Shown here one piece after another: positions 1 to 10,200 of a stretch of 64,000 bases of DNA (positions within the stretch are counted from its first letter, which is position 1; each line of letters begins with the position of its first letter). The position numbers were made by a program, and so were the translations under genes. The notes beneath the pieces were generated by a model that made no database searches, had not been told where the DNA came from, and saw nothing but the letters and a program-made list of their open reading frames with translations. The DNA is from Octopus vulgaris (taxonomy: Eukaryota): assembly GCA_951406725.2 (NCBI GenBank), contig OX597817.1, positions 112,468,001 to 112,532,000 of the forward strand, read 5' to 3'.

Positions 1-543
1 ATGCACATGTTGTGTGTGCGTGTGTATATGCATGTGCGTGTATGTGTGTAGTTGTGTGTACGTGTATGCGTGTGTGTATCTGTGCGTGCGTGGGGTTGTG
101 TGTTAGGTATGTTTGCATTTCTGTGCGTGTGTATATGTGTATGTGTGTGTACGTTTGTGTACGTGTGTGTGTGCACGCATGTATGTGTGTGTTGTGTGTG
201 TGCGTGTGCGTGCGTGTATGTGTGCATGTGTATGTATGTATGCGTGTGTGTGTGTGCTGGTGTGTATGAGCATGTGTGTATTTGAGTGTGTGCATGGGGT
301 TGTGTTATGTGGAGGTATATGCGCGTTATTGTATGCATACGTGTGTGTGTGCGCGTGTGTCTATGTGTATGTGCGTGTGTATGTGTGTGTGGATGTATGT
401 GTGTGTGTATGTGCATGTATGTGTGTTGTGTGTATGCGTGTGGTGTGTGTTGGAGGTATATGTGCCTTCATGTGTGTCCGTGGATGCGTGTATTTTTTCG
501 GATGTGTGTATATGTACGTGTGTGTATGTATGTGTGCGTGTTT
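1..543. repeat. Degenerate (GT)n/(GTAT)n microsatellite
   Basis: Continuous TG-rich low-complexity sequence; the overlapping Cys/Val ORFs are artefacts. Confidence 0.95.
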
Positions 544-1029
544 ATAGAAATAAAATAAAGGTTGATAAATATTAAAAGAAACGGGTGGGGTAGGGAAGAA
601 TACGAGATGTAAAAAACGTTTTTTACAAAAATTAGCAGAGGCAAGATAAAAAAAATGAAATAATAAAAATTAAAGGGATAAAATAGAAATTAATACAATT
701 ATAAAAAATAGTGCAATTAAAAAGTTGAGTGTTACACACTCATATCTGTGTATACGTGCATCCCCACTCTTGGCACTATTTTGTAGTGAATAGTACAAAC
801 TGTGTGTAAAGTATATAATGTATTACTACGCAGAACGTCGTCGTCCGTGTAACATGTAAAGAATAGTATGTAAACATTGAGTATTACGACGGAAAGAAAA
901 TTATAAAAAATGATAAAAAAATTGAGAAGGGGTGGCAGTGTAAAAAAGTAAGTGGGTATAAGGGAGGATGAGGTAGGTTGGACAAAATAGAATAAATAAA
1001 ATAAAATATGCAACCAAAAATGTACGCCA

Positions 1030-1650
1030 TAGTTTTTTTAATTTTCGTCTTCAGCTTCTAATATTTCTTATCTTCATCGCTTTCGTTCTCATCCACCCTG
1101 TGATCCTACGGTAAAGCAACATCCACAATAATTACGTTGACCCTCTTCTTTTCTGCGACTACAATGTCATGTTTTCTTGCCACAATAAGGTCATCACACT
1201 GGATGGTCATACCCAACAAGATCTAATATTCTTCGTTTTCAGCAAACCTTTCCTGTTGGTGATCATTCCATTTCTTACTTCTGCTCATTTCCGGTAAACC
1301 AATCTGGCAATGTTGTCGTACCTTCTCTTGTACTCTTTCTGTGCAAGCACCTTAAATGGTTATTGATTCACCTTTCTCAACAGACAAAAGTCACTGACAT
1401 TTTAATATTAAACTTCATATAATTCGACCTCAGTGCCTGTTCTTGGTGAAGATAAGGGCTTCAGTTTCAACTTTCAAATCGTTTTCCCTAATTCATCCCA
1501 GATCTCAACTGCCTCAGGCATTTCCTGCTAGAATTGACTAAACACGTTTTATTTTTCTTTCCATCTATTCAGGGTGTCATTCTGCGTGTCTTGTTGAAAT
1601 TCACCATTTTCCTTTACCTCATCACTGCTTAAGACTTTTATCTTTCTCAT
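1030..1650 (-). mobile_element. Decayed fragment of an RLE-type non-LTR retrotransposon (R4/Dong-like), C-terminal region
   Basis: The minus strand near 1350-1300 reads VLAQKEYKRRYDNIARL, matching the 'LA..EY..RHD.VA' motif; WD, DIVV and IVDVA-type remnants follow, with frameshifts. Confidence 0.65.
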
Positions 1651-1660
1651 TACTGCCATC

Positions 1661-1800
1661 AATGTCAACTTTGCCTTTCATCTTTTCGGGGTCGATAAAT
1701 CAAGTACCAGTTGAGTACTGGAGTCGATGTTATCGACTGTCCCCTCCCCTTGTGCCTAGAGTAGAAAGGATTATCATCATCATCATCATTATAAAGGTGG
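1661..1800 (+). mobile_element. SINE family A unit (3' part) plus the first bases of the next unit, which the LTR interrupts
   Basis: Core 'actttgcctttcatcttttcggggtcgataaatcaagtaccag' and tail 'tgtgcctagagtagaaaggatt(atc)n' match the copies at 7902-8791. Confidence 0.85.
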
Positions 1801-1943
1801 TGTAGCGTGGCAGTTCAGCAAGGGTGAAAAATGACTATAGCGATTGCTAATATCTTCACTGTGTGAAAGGCGAGGCAGGAATGATCTCGTTTGAGGTTAC
1901 AACCATCTTTGGTCAACCTGTTCTTGTGCTAAACACTAATTTG

Positions 1944-2151
1944 ATTGGCTGACAGGACACGAGTGGTCTCTACGTGTTTCGCGCCACTGGGTAACATGTG
2001 ACACGAGGTTCCCTCCTAAGTCCGCAACTGATTGGCACGTGACGCGAATTGTCTCGACTTATTTCGCGCCATAATTGCGAATCAGCCAATCAAGACTTTC
2101 GGTTAAAATTCCATTTTCTGGGGTTCGGTGAGCCAACCGAACAGTATAAAA
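1944..2151 (+). promoter_or_regulatory. Pol II promoter in the LTR U3 region
   Basis: ATTGG at 1944 and 2031, CCAAT at 2086, TTTCGCGCC at 1977 and 2062, CACGTG at 2036, TATAAAA at 2145-2151. Confidence 0.65.
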
Positions 2152-2373
2152 GCAGGATTTCACAGGCACTTGGGTCTTGGTTTCCAGTTCCTCATTATTG
2201 CTTTCCTTTTCCGTTTGCGTTGTGAGAAAATTGCTGCCTCCATTTAAGAGAGTCGAAGTTGTGATATTATTGTTTGTACTAACTGCTTTGAACAGTGCCC
2301 GTTGTAAAACGGTAATTTTCGCCCTACGGGGCAGAAAATTTTGTATTACTTGAATTTTGTTACCTTCGAGGTG

Positions 2374-3797
2374 ATGGAGTTCGACTTGACGTCGAAGGAC
2401 GATTTTCCCGTGATGGGAAAAAGTGAAACCACGGAAAATCAAGTACCCAAACAGTCATTCTCGGCCGCGGTGGGCGGCGCTATGATAGAGGTCGAATTTA
2501 AGATCGAACAGCTATACGAATACAGGAATCTTGTAAAGGTGGAAGGAGGTGAGATAAGGCTTGTACCGCCGCAAGCGAAAGTACAAGAAATCAAGGAAAG
2601 AATTGTGATTTATAAAGTGTACAGCTTTAAAGAAAAAAAGATTATGGATGTGAAAAATGAAATTGTCGAGAAGTGCCTGTCCCCGGTGTGGGACAGAATT
2701 CGTCACATCGCGAGAGGTGCACGCAGTGCTACGGTCGAGGCGCACTTTGACACGGCAGAGGTGGCGAAAGAGGTGTCGTCGTTAACCCTAAAAAGCGACG
2801 ACATCATGTTGCTACCCTCGTATATGGGGAAGCGAACTGCAAAGTTAGTGGTAGAAGACATACCCAGAGGGTACGACATCATGTGGGTGGCAGCGGCGGT
2901 CCTGCACAACATGGAACGTGAAATATCAATACTGCAAATGAGAAGGAAGGAGGTGGTACGGTGGAAGGGTCAGACTTTGGAACTCCTCGTACAGGCAGAG
3001 AACAAGATCTTGGAGAGCCTGCCTGACAGAATCTTTAATGAGGACGGTACGTCCATGAGAGTTTCGGTAGAGGGACGTAGACCCAGATGCTTCAAGTGTG
3101 GAGAGAAGGGTCACGTCCGATCCAACTGTATTAAGAAAAAAAGAACAGAAGAAACGCCTCCCCCAAGTGCACCTGTCACTGAAGGGGAGGAAACAAGCAA
3201 AAACAACAAAACGACGAAGACAAGTACAGAAACAAAAACAGATCAAATAGAACTAATGGACTACACACAAGTCACTCACAAAAGAAAAAAGAGAATACCC
3301 AGGACTCCCCTCCCCAAACAAGGAAAAAAACAACAAACACAGCAGACACACACATCAAGCAAATCCCCCAACCCTACCCCCATGGCACTGTTTTCATTGG
3401 AAAACAGTTTGCCAAGCCCCTCCCCATAAAACAAGACATAAAAAAGTGCATACTGAAAAACGAAAGAATAATAGCTTTCGATGAGAAAAATGAGAAAGTT
3501 TACAAATGCTGCAAACTTTCGAGATTTACACTGTATAGTAGAACCTCAGATGGGAAAGCAACCGCTCGCTTCGCGAAGGTAGGGGAGAACGAGTGGAAGG
3601 AGGAGGTTCTTCAGGAACACCTGAGGAACCGTCTATTAAGAGATGTGACCAAGGAGGTAATGGAGGGCAAACTGGCAATAACTCCGGCAACCACACCCAC
3701 CCAGAGCCCAGTGGCAACGCCGGTCAAGAGCCCTGCAGCAACGGAAGAAAGGGAAGCAGGCAGATTGAAACTGTCATGCTCCCTTTCGCAACCGTGA
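2374..3797 (+). CDS. Tx1 ORF1, gag-like nucleic-acid-binding protein with a CCHC knuckle; one -1 frame discontinuity near 3280-3330
   Basis: ATG at 2374; CFKCGEKGHVRSNC. The first frame stops at 3429, but the -1 frame is open from before 3240 to TGA at 3795-3797, 28 nt before the ORF2 ATG. Confidence 0.8.
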
Positions 3798-3825
3798 GTA
3801 CATTCATTTTTCTCTCTCGCCCACA

Positions 3826-6800
3826 ATGGCTAAGCTGGGTTGTATAAATGTACGTGGAATGGGGTCGAAACGGAAACAAATTTGTTTCCTGAACGACCTC
3901 ACGACACACGGTATAGATATTGCTATTGCAACCGAGTCCAAGATGAGCGAGACCCAAGCGTTCTCGCCTCTTCTAAATGGTTTCGAGAAATTTATTTCTC
4001 CTAGCCGAGGAAGAGGCAGAGGCGTGGCAGTCTTCATCAGGAAGAGCTTGGACTTGCAGGTAAGTACTGTCTTTCTGGACCCAGAAGGCAGGCTGGTTGT
4101 CCTGGATGTGACTCACGTAAGTAAACAGTCCTTCAGGTTGGGAGCTGTCTACGCCCCGAACGAGGGTAGACAGACGGGTTTTTTCGGAACCTGGAGCCCT
4201 TTCTAGCGACGTCGAAAACAGTAATCCTAGTAGGGGACTTTAACACTGTCCTTGAAGCGCACATCGACAATGTTGGCTCAACCAATAGGAAGGAGAACCC
4301 TAGCCTCAAGGGTCTACTAGAGAGCTTTGATCTAGTGGACCGTTACCGACTGGATGAGCCGAGCGTTCCACAGTGGACGTGGAGTAACAACGACGGCTCA
4401 CACAGATCGTATCTAGATAGGATATTTATTAAGAAAAGAGATAAGGATACGTTTAGTTGTCCACAATTTCATATTGTACCTTACTCGGATCACAAGTTTG
4501 TGACGTGTGAGGTGCAATTAGACAAGTGTCATAGACAGGGACCCGGGTACTGGAAGCTGAACAAGGCTATTTTGAATTGTGAAGACTTCCGTACCCGGAT
4601 TAAGGTGTTAGTTCAGAGGGCATTGTGTGGCACCATCATTAACAATAGATGGTGGCACGCCCTCAAAAGAGCCATTCGTTTAGAGTCCGTCAGATTTAGC
4701 AATCAGCTAAGGATAGATAGGGCTAGTCTAGAGGGCGATTTAGTTAAGAATCTAGACGAGGCAATGGAAGCTGGCTCTGCATCCGGAGTGTTGGCGGCAA
4801 GGACGGTATTGTACCGTCACCTTAACTCCAAACACGAAGGTTGCAGAGTCAGAGCTAAGCTGCGCGCCGGAAAACGAGAAGGTATTAACGTGGCCGGATG
4901 GGCCCGTCGTGTGGAGAGTAAGAGAGGCAATAGAGCCTCAATCAAATCTTTGACTGACGAACAGGGACTAAAGATCTATGGACAGGAGGAGATGCAAAAG
5001 TTTCTTCACCAGCATTTCGCTCGCGTGTTCGGGGGTGGTGGTTCGCTGGATCGGGGGAGGGCCTTAAAGGACTTCCTGGCCGGCGGACCGCGGCTCGCGG
5101 GGCGTGAGGTGGAGTGCTGTGAAGGAGCGATCACTCCCGCGGAGATAAAGGAGATACTGGCCGGATGCGCCGGGGAGAAGTCGCCGGGGTTGGATGGTCT
5201 GCCCTACGAGTTTTACCAAAGTATGCCGGACTTGTTCGGGGGAATACTGGCAGGCGTCTACACGAACTGGCAGCAGAATGGGAGAATTCCCAGTTCTGTA
5301 AGCCGGGGAGTGGTGACGCTAATCCAGAAAGACCCGAGCAAGGGGGATAATATTAGTAACTACAGGCCCATAACTCTACTTAATGTAGAGTTAAAGATTC
5401 TGGCCAAGGTGTTAGCAAAAAGGTTGACGGTTGTCGTGGAGAAACTTGTAGGGAGAGCACAGACATGTGCAATTCCAGGCAGGTCGATCCAGGACAATCT
5501 TCACCTTATACGCTACACCTTAGATAGGGTGGGTAAATTAGCCGGCAAAGGCGGGGTAATGGTCCATTTAGACCAAAGTAAAGCCTTCGATAGGGTAGAC
5601 CATGGGTACCTGGCGACGGTCCTCGAAGCGACTGGGCTGGGCCCTGAATTTCGCGGGTGGATCTCCGCTATGTATAGCGGCATCAAGTCCACCGTCCAGA
5701 TAAACGGTTACCTAACGGAACCGTTTTCGATCAAGTGTTCAGTGCGTCAGGGGTGCCCCCTGTCACCACTTTTGTACGTATTGGCTCTTGAGCCACTGCT
5801 GCGAAAGTTGGAGAGGCTGGGGAGTAACTCGGATGAAATCGGAGGTGGGAGGACGGTTACTGCTTATGCGGATGACGTCACCCTCATCGTGTCCAAAGAG
5901 GCCCAACTACCTTGTGTAGAGGAGGCTATCAGAGGATACGAGGCGGTGGCAGGAGCAAAGGTTAACAAGGACAAATCGGTTGGCTTGCGCCTCGGCACCT
6001 GGAGGAGCAAGCCGATATCGTCCAGTGTCGTGGGACACTGGACGGATGGCCCTGTTAAGTTGCTGGGAGTTTGGTTTGGACCAGACTCCCAAACGGAGAA
6101 GAACTGGAGTGAGGTGACGAGCAGGGTGGAGGCCATAGTACGGACCTGGTCCGGAAGGTCTCTGTCCCTGAAAGGAAAGGCGGAGGTGGTGCAGATGTTC
6201 ATTGCATCTGTAATCACCTACCGCCTGACCGTTGTCCCTTGCCCCGATTCATGGCTTAACAAGTTGGAACGAATCCTTTTCCGCTTTTTGTGGAAAGGAG
6301 GAAAGCCACTTGTGAGACGCTCCGTTTGCTGCCAAGAACCGTTAAAGGGTGGGTTAGGGATGCCTTGGTTGATGATGCGCAGACATGCGTTGAGGCTAAG
6401 GCACCTCTGGCACCACCTGGAGGGTGATAAGGTGTGGAGTCCGCTGGCAGAGGGATTTTTCCCGAGACCGGCCTCCTTAGTGAATTTTAAACCCGGTTAC
6501 ATCAAAAGATGGAAACTGACTCCATGGCAAAAGGAGTGCCGACAGGCACTCACGCTGATCCACAGGACGGGCAAGGCCGGCTGCGGAAATACCACCTCGG
6601 TATTTTATAGAGGGCTGGTGGAGGCAAAAAATGACGACGTCCTAGGAGGGGCTCTGGGGTTTGATGAAGACCAGCTCGCCAACCTGTTTAAAAAAACTTT
6701 CAGGTCGGGGTATTTGGATAATTTCCAAAGATCCCTGGCCTGGCAGTGCTACAGGAATGCTTTACCTGTTCGCGAGAAGTTATCGCGGCACGGAGTTCCA

Positions 6801-7214
6801 GTGCCACCGACGTGTCCAAGGTGCGAGTTGGACGATGAAACCGTCCAGCACGCTTTTGTTCACTGTCGGAAGTTGTCCGACTTGATAAGTTACGCAGAAC
6901 ACGTGTTATCGCATCTGGGACGAGTACAGCTGTCGGCTGAGTCTATGATTAAGATGATACCGCCAACTGGACTCTCGAAGGAAGGTGAGGCATGTTTTCA
7001 CTGCACGGTTGCAGTGGTAAAGGAATGCATGTGGAGAACGAGAATGGAAGGAGCCGCGATAGGGTCCTTTGTCTCCGGCCCCAGCTTGCTCACTTACTTC
7101 AGATATCATCTGAAGAGCAAAATGGGGCTGGAAAAGAGGACCTTACCGCGGGGTGTGTACGAGAAAAGATGGAAGGAAGTGGAAAGAAAGGTGGGTGTGA
7201 GAAACCCAGCTTGA
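3826..7214 (+). CDS. Tx1 ORF2: AP-like endonuclease + reverse transcriptase + C-terminal zinc finger; one -1 discontinuity at the T6 run 4179-4184
   Basis: INVRG, VYAPN, then GDFN, YLDRIF, SDH, KSPGLDG, YRPITLLN, LDQSKAFD, RQGCPLSP, YADD and CPRC...HAFVHC in the shifted frame. Confidence 0.93.
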
Positions 7215-7901
7215 CCATGGAGGAGAGAGAGGAAGTGGAAGCTGCAGGGCCTCATAAATTGCCGGGGTGTAAAAGCGCCAGTGAGACTACAAGTTCACCT
7301 ACTGTTGTTTGCTATACTAAGTTATGCAAAGGTTATTATTTTATAACGAATTTAAACAAAATTTTTAATCGAATCTCTTAAATGTTTTTGTATGTTTTTG
7401 TATGTATGTCCTGTATTTGTCCTTCTGTGTATCGATTTTCATAATCTTAATAAAGAAATATCTTGGTTTCCAGTTCTTTTAAGAGCTAACTTAGACCTCT
7501 GCTGCTCAACTAGAGATATGCGATTGTCTCTGCTACTGCCGTTGCTACACTAATCTATACAACTACTGAAAGCCTCTCAAGTAGATTCCAGCATCTTGCC
7601 CTATGAACAGTAATCTAAATGCCATTGTTAATTCTATGTTCAGTGCCTTTGGGTATGCTTCACGCCACCCGAACACACCGACACAAAACGGGCTTACGCT
7701 TATGAACTCTTAGAATCCACATGATTGTAAAATATGTAAAATAAATAATATTTATCTACCAACAGAAGACTTGTATCCATTCACTTATGTCCTATCGTCG
7801 TTATATGTATTTTATGGCTTTTGAATAATTCGTTGAGAATAGAACCGCGTGCAATCGTATTTTCCTAAACGATACGACCAAGCGTGATCCTATTTCTTAC
7901 A

Positions 7902-8791
7902 GTGGCAAGCTGGCAGAATCGTTATCATGTCTGGTGAAATGCTTAGCGATATTTCGTCTGTCGCTACATTCTGAGTTCAAATTCCGCCTAGGTCGACTTT
8001 GCCTTAAATCCTTTCAAGGTTGATAAAAAATAAGTACCAGTGAAACACTAGGGTCAATGTAGCCGACTAGTCCCCTCCCCGCAAAATGACTGCACTTGTA
8101 GCAAAATTTGAAACTATTATTATCATTCTCATCATAAAGGCGACGAACTGACAGAATCGTTAGTACGCTGGGCGAAATATTTAGCGGTATTTCTTCTGAC
8201 GCTACGTTCTGCGTTCAAGTTCCGCCGAGGTCGACTTTGTCTTTCATCCTTTCGGGGTCAATAAATTAAGTACCAGCTACGCACTGGGGTCGATGTAATC
8301 GACTTACCTCTCCCCACAAAATCCAGGCCTTGTGCCTATAGTAGAAAAGATTATTATTATTATTATAAAGGCGGCGGGTTAGCAGAAACGTTAGCACGCC
8401 GGGCGAAATGCTTTGCGGCATTTCGTCTGCCGCTACGTGCTGAGTTCAAATTCCGCCGAGGTCGACTTTGCCTTTCATCCTTTCAGGGTCGATTAAATAA
8501 GTACCAGTTACGCACTGGGGTCGATATAATCGACTTAGTCCATTTGTCTGTCCTTGTTTGTCCTCTCAGTGTTTAGCCCCTTGTGGGTAGTTAAGAAATA
8601 GGTATTTCGTCTACCGCTTTGTTCTGAGTTCAAATTCTGCCGAGGTCGACTTTACCTTTCATCCTTTCGGGGTCAATAAATTAAGTACCAGTGAAACACT
8701 AGGGTCAATGAAATCGACTAGTTCCCCACCCCAAATTTCAGGCCTTGTGCCTCTAGTAGAAAGAATTATCATCATCATCATCATCATCATC
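7902..8791 (+). mobile_element. Head-to-tail array of about four SINE family A units (tRNA-like head; central domain resembling the Meta-SINE domain)
   Basis: Repeated units of about 230 bp: 'ggcgagctggcagaatcgttag...gagttcaaattccgccgaggtcgactttgcctttcatcctttcggggtcgataaa..aagtaccag', separated by (ATT/ATC)n. Confidence 0.9.
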
Positions 8792-8939
8792 CTTTGATCC
8801 AGGTAGAACTTTTTAACTTGCGTGTGGGTAAAACCCAATTTGTATTTCGCGTTATTTTATTTAAATTATATTTTACTTGACTTATCGTGTTTTTAATTTA
8901 TATCCAGTATTGTAGGGATGGTAAACCAGGGATCATTCT

Positions 8940-9460
8940 CGAATAATATCATTTTATCAGCTTTGATGGTTTGGTCTGTGTGTACTGGAAAGTCCCAAGG
9001 AATCGTTACATTTTCTCCCTCAGTTACAACCTCAGGGTGATGCTTACACCACTTGTCAACAGTGTTGATTTTATAATACCGACATATCAACCAATGCAGA
9101 TATTCGCCAACTCTGTCACATCTTGATTTATACTCTACTAGTGCTAAAACTTTATATCTAGAGATTAAGTGGTTCACTATTAATGTAGAATGAATGGTAC
9201 TTTTCTGCAGGTCGACAATTTCAATTTCTTTCAGTAGCATTTTGACTGTTGAGCAAAGTTCACTTATTACTACAGGAATAAGTGTTGTCTTAGTCTTCTA
9301 CAATCTCCTCAGCTCTCTGGCTAGACCCTGGTATTTCTCAATTTTTTTCCATTTCTTTGATATCAACTCTGCTATAATAGTGGGTTGCGAAATCTGTGAT
9401 CTTGCGCTTTTTATTTAGTCCTCTATAATCATGTCTGGTCTTCTTGCCTCAGTAGTATAT
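8940..9460 (-). mobile_element. Two decayed R4/Dong-like RLE LINE fragments
   Basis: LALVEYKSRCDRVGEYLHWLIC...IPWDFPVHTD (9190-8950) and RRPDMII...KKIEKYQGLARELRRL...IPVVI (9450-9200). Confidence 0.7.
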
Positions 9461-9496
9461 CTTCCTCCTCCTCATCGTCGTCATCATTATTATTAT

Positions 9497-10200
9497 TAAG
9501 GTTGCGAGCTGGCAGAATCGTTGGAACACCGGGCAAAATGCTTAGCAGTATTTTGTCTGTCTTTACGTTCTGAGATCAAATTCCGCCGAGGTCGTCTTTG
9601 CCTTTCATCCTTTCGAGGTCGATAAATTAAGTACCAGTGAAACACTGGGATCGATATATATAATCGACTAGTTCCCACCCCGCAGTAGAAAGGATTATTA
9701 TTATTATTATTATTATTACTATTATTGTTGTTGTTGTTGCTGTTGTTGTCCATTTTGAAAGTCGCGAGCTGGCATAGTCGTTAGCACGCCGGGAAAGATG
9801 CTTAACAGCATTCCACCAAAATCGACTTTGCTTTTCATCCTTTCGAGATTGATAAAATAGGTACCAGTTGATTACTGGGGTCGATGTAATCGACTAGACC
9901 AGCGGTTCTCAACCATGGTCCATATGGCTTTTGGAGTCCATATAAGGTTTTGTGGTTTTATTTTTATCTGTAATAAATTGGTTAAACTTATACAATACAC
10001 AAAATAGTTTAACATTTTTTATACAATTCCTAATAAAATTTAACAATAAAAATATAATGCAATTTTTAAAACATCGAATGTCTGGAAGAATCCATTCGAG
10101 TAAAATAGGGATGAAATGTATCCAGAAATAAAAAAGAATGTTTGAGAAACACTAAAATAGCTCCCTCCCTTGAACTTGCTGGTCACTACTATTATTATTA
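9497..10200 (+). mobile_element. Two SINE family A units, the second interrupted by a MITE
   Basis: Same head, core and tail; the unit breaks at 'gactag' (about 9897) and resumes with 'ctccctccc' (about 10161). Confidence 0.8.
9900..10154. mobile_element. hAT-like MITE (degenerate)
   Basis: Ends CAGCGGTTCTCAA...TTGAGAAACACTA; the TSD is eroded. Confidence 0.6.

Larger units (their letters stand above)
2191..7460 (+). mobile_element. Full-length Tx1-clade (L1 group) non-LTR retrotransposon, 5270 bp
   Basis: Perfect 16-bp TSD TCTTGGTTTCCAGTTC at 2175-2190 and 7461-7476; 5' UTR, ORF1, ORF2 and a 3' UTR ending AATAAAGAAATA. Confidence 0.95.
1801..7901 (+). mobile_element. Solo LTR of about 815 bp (1801-2190 + 7477-7901), split by the Tx1 insertion
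   Basis: Starts TGTAG, ends TTACA; flanked by GTGG at 1797-1800 and 7902-7905. Removing it restores the SINE head 'aaggtggcaagctggcagaatcg'. Internal TATAAAA (2145) and AATAAA (7740). A 4-bp TSD suggests Ty3/Gypsy. Confidence 0.8.

Noticed and set aside
12-575. Cys/Val-rich ORFs, and similar YI, HT and CV ORFs elsewhere
   Set aside because: Translations of microsatellites.
815-855. Hammerhead-like layout on the minus strand (acggacgacgacgttctgcgtagtaatac)
   Set aside because: Too many core mismatches (no CTGA, no GAAA) to support.
2175-2190. Tx1 target as an snRNA or tRNA gene
   Set aside because: The rejoined target resembles no small RNA I recognise; TG...CA ends and the 4-bp TSD explain it as an LTR.
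3593-3847. Gly-rich 84-aa ORF between ORF1 and ORF2
   Set aside because: Alternative frame of the ORF1 C-terminal region.
7518-7610. Short ORF MRLSLLLPLLH, resembling a signal peptide
   Set aside because: Stops after 11 codons and lies inside the LTR.
7902-8791. Repeat array as CRISPR or a tRNA gene cluster
   Set aside because: Units are diverged 230-bp SINEs with no unique spacers and no full cloverleaf.
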